DNA of 49,284 bases from NCBI GenBank assembly GCA_004524535.1, contig SDNY01000009.1, positions 1-49,284 on the forward strand. Direction: 5' to 3'. Both the position numbers and the translations under genes were made by a program. Positions 48,237 through 49,284 of this stretch are shown here, one piece after another. Below the pieces are notes generated by a model that ran no database searches, was not told where the DNA came from, and saw only the letters and a program-made list of their open reading frames with translations. The stretch's first letter is position 1; every line of letters starts with the position of its first letter. Source of the stretch: Promethearchaeota archaeon. Its GTDB lineage: Archaea; Asgardarchaeota; Lokiarchaeia; Sigyniarchaeales; SOKP01.

Positions 48237-48653
48237 TTATCCTGATTTATTCTTTAGTTTTCTCTTTTTCCGTTTTAGATCTTTTACAATTTTATTATTA
48301 TCAAATACAAAATTGTATTTTTCACCCCATTCATCAAGGTGATTCACAACATAATCCGTATCTAGATTTAAATGCTTTATAAAGACATCAAAAGGTATAT
48401 TATCAGCGTTTTTTAAATATTTTCTTATTTTTTCTTCAATTACTATCTGGTCTGGAGGTTTAATTTTTCTTTTTCTTGCTCTTAATTTTTCTAAAAATAA
48501 ATCATTTTTACTATTATTAAAGAAATGTTGAACTATATTGCTAATTACTTGAGCCTTAGTTGTTCCATAAACATCAATTAATTCCTCAACTAAATCCATA
48601 TAACTCTTTTCAAGGGTTACATGTGTTCTAGCTGTTTCAGTCATGATTTCCAA
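48237..48653 (-). CDS. Ribbon-helix-helix protein with C-terminal winged-helix-like domain
   Basis: RTHVTLEKSYMDLVEELIDVYGTTKAQVISNIV (RHH pattern); IRKYLKNADNIPFDVFIKHLNLDTDYV (HTH pattern). Confidence 0.65.
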   Translation of the reverse strand: MEIMTETARTHVTLEKSYMDLVEELIDVYGTTKAQVISNIVQHFFNNSKNDLFLEKLRARKRKIKPPDQIVIEEKIRKYLKNADNIPFDVFIKHLNLDTDYVVNHLDEWGEKYNFVFDNNKIVKDLKRKKRKLKNKSG

Positions 48654-48850
48654 TAGGTTAAAATTTTTGAGTCATCTTAATATAAAAAATATAGTCATAT
48701 AAATCTTTGTGCTTTGATGTGATAATAATGTACAAATAAGCACATTTAAATATAAATCTTTTCAATATTAAATTAAGAACAAGATTAAATGTTCACAAAT
48801 TATAATGTCGAAAATTTGTCGATTTTAAATAATTAATGGAGGAATAAATA

Positions 48851-49102
48851 ATGGCTAATGATATAATTAGGGAGAATTATTTTAATACAGAGGTTATAAT
48901 ATCCCCAACCCAAAATAATTTAATGAAGATTTTACAAATAAATGGACCAATGATACGAAGAGATTTAGTAAATCAATTGAAAATAGCTAGGACTACTATA
49001 TATGATAACTTAGTTAAATTACAAAAACGAAAAGTGATTGAAAAATTTACCAGGAATGATGGAAAAAGAGGTAGACCTTTAGTATTTTGGAAAATAAAAT
49101 AA
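48851..49102 (+). CDS. Small TrmB-like winged-helix regulator
   Basis: LQINGPMIRRDLVNQLKIARTTIYDNLVKL...GRPLVFW; GGAGGA upstream. Confidence 0.85.
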   Translation: MANDIIRENYFNTEVIISPTQNNLMKILQINGPMIRRDLVNQLKIARTTIYDNLVKLQKRKVIEKFTRNDGKRGRPLVFWKIK

Positions 49103-49284
49103 ATATTTTTTAATTATTTCTTTTTTATTTAATTTGATAATTTTTAATTTACCTTCATCGACAAAAATATTTATAGTTATTGGAATTTAGATTAAATCAC
49201 GCTTTTCTTAAACAATAAACTTAAATTCGCCTAAATCTCTATTTTAATTAATAAACTAATTAAATTTAAAGGAGGAATGATATG

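Overview
AT-rich archaeal chromosomal window, very probably from an Asgard archaeon (Lokiarchaeia-like). This is inferred from archaeal information-processing genes (rpl15e, RNase P Rpp30/Pop5, TFB, TgtA, Trm5, RqcH) occurring with eukaryotic-signature-like genes (Rag/Arf-like GTPase, longin and roadblock proteins, EMC6-like protein). It holds about 48 CDS, two tRNA genes (Arg-TCT, and Ile-GAT with a 27-nt intron) and a candidate box C/D sRNA. I found no CRISPR array, transposase or integrase. The best candidate for a new system is at the left end. A Rag-type GTPase, whose P-loop is missed by the ORF track and needs an ATT start, lies in a minus-strand run between HAD/C-N hydrolase genes and a degenerate Orc1/Cdc6 gene. 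Divergent from that run is a longin + tandem winged-helix protein carrying the FLCN/NPRL2-style 'ARG' arginine-finger motif, suggesting a prokaryotic Rag GTPase-GAP module. All family calls come from motif recognition by eye; no searches were run.
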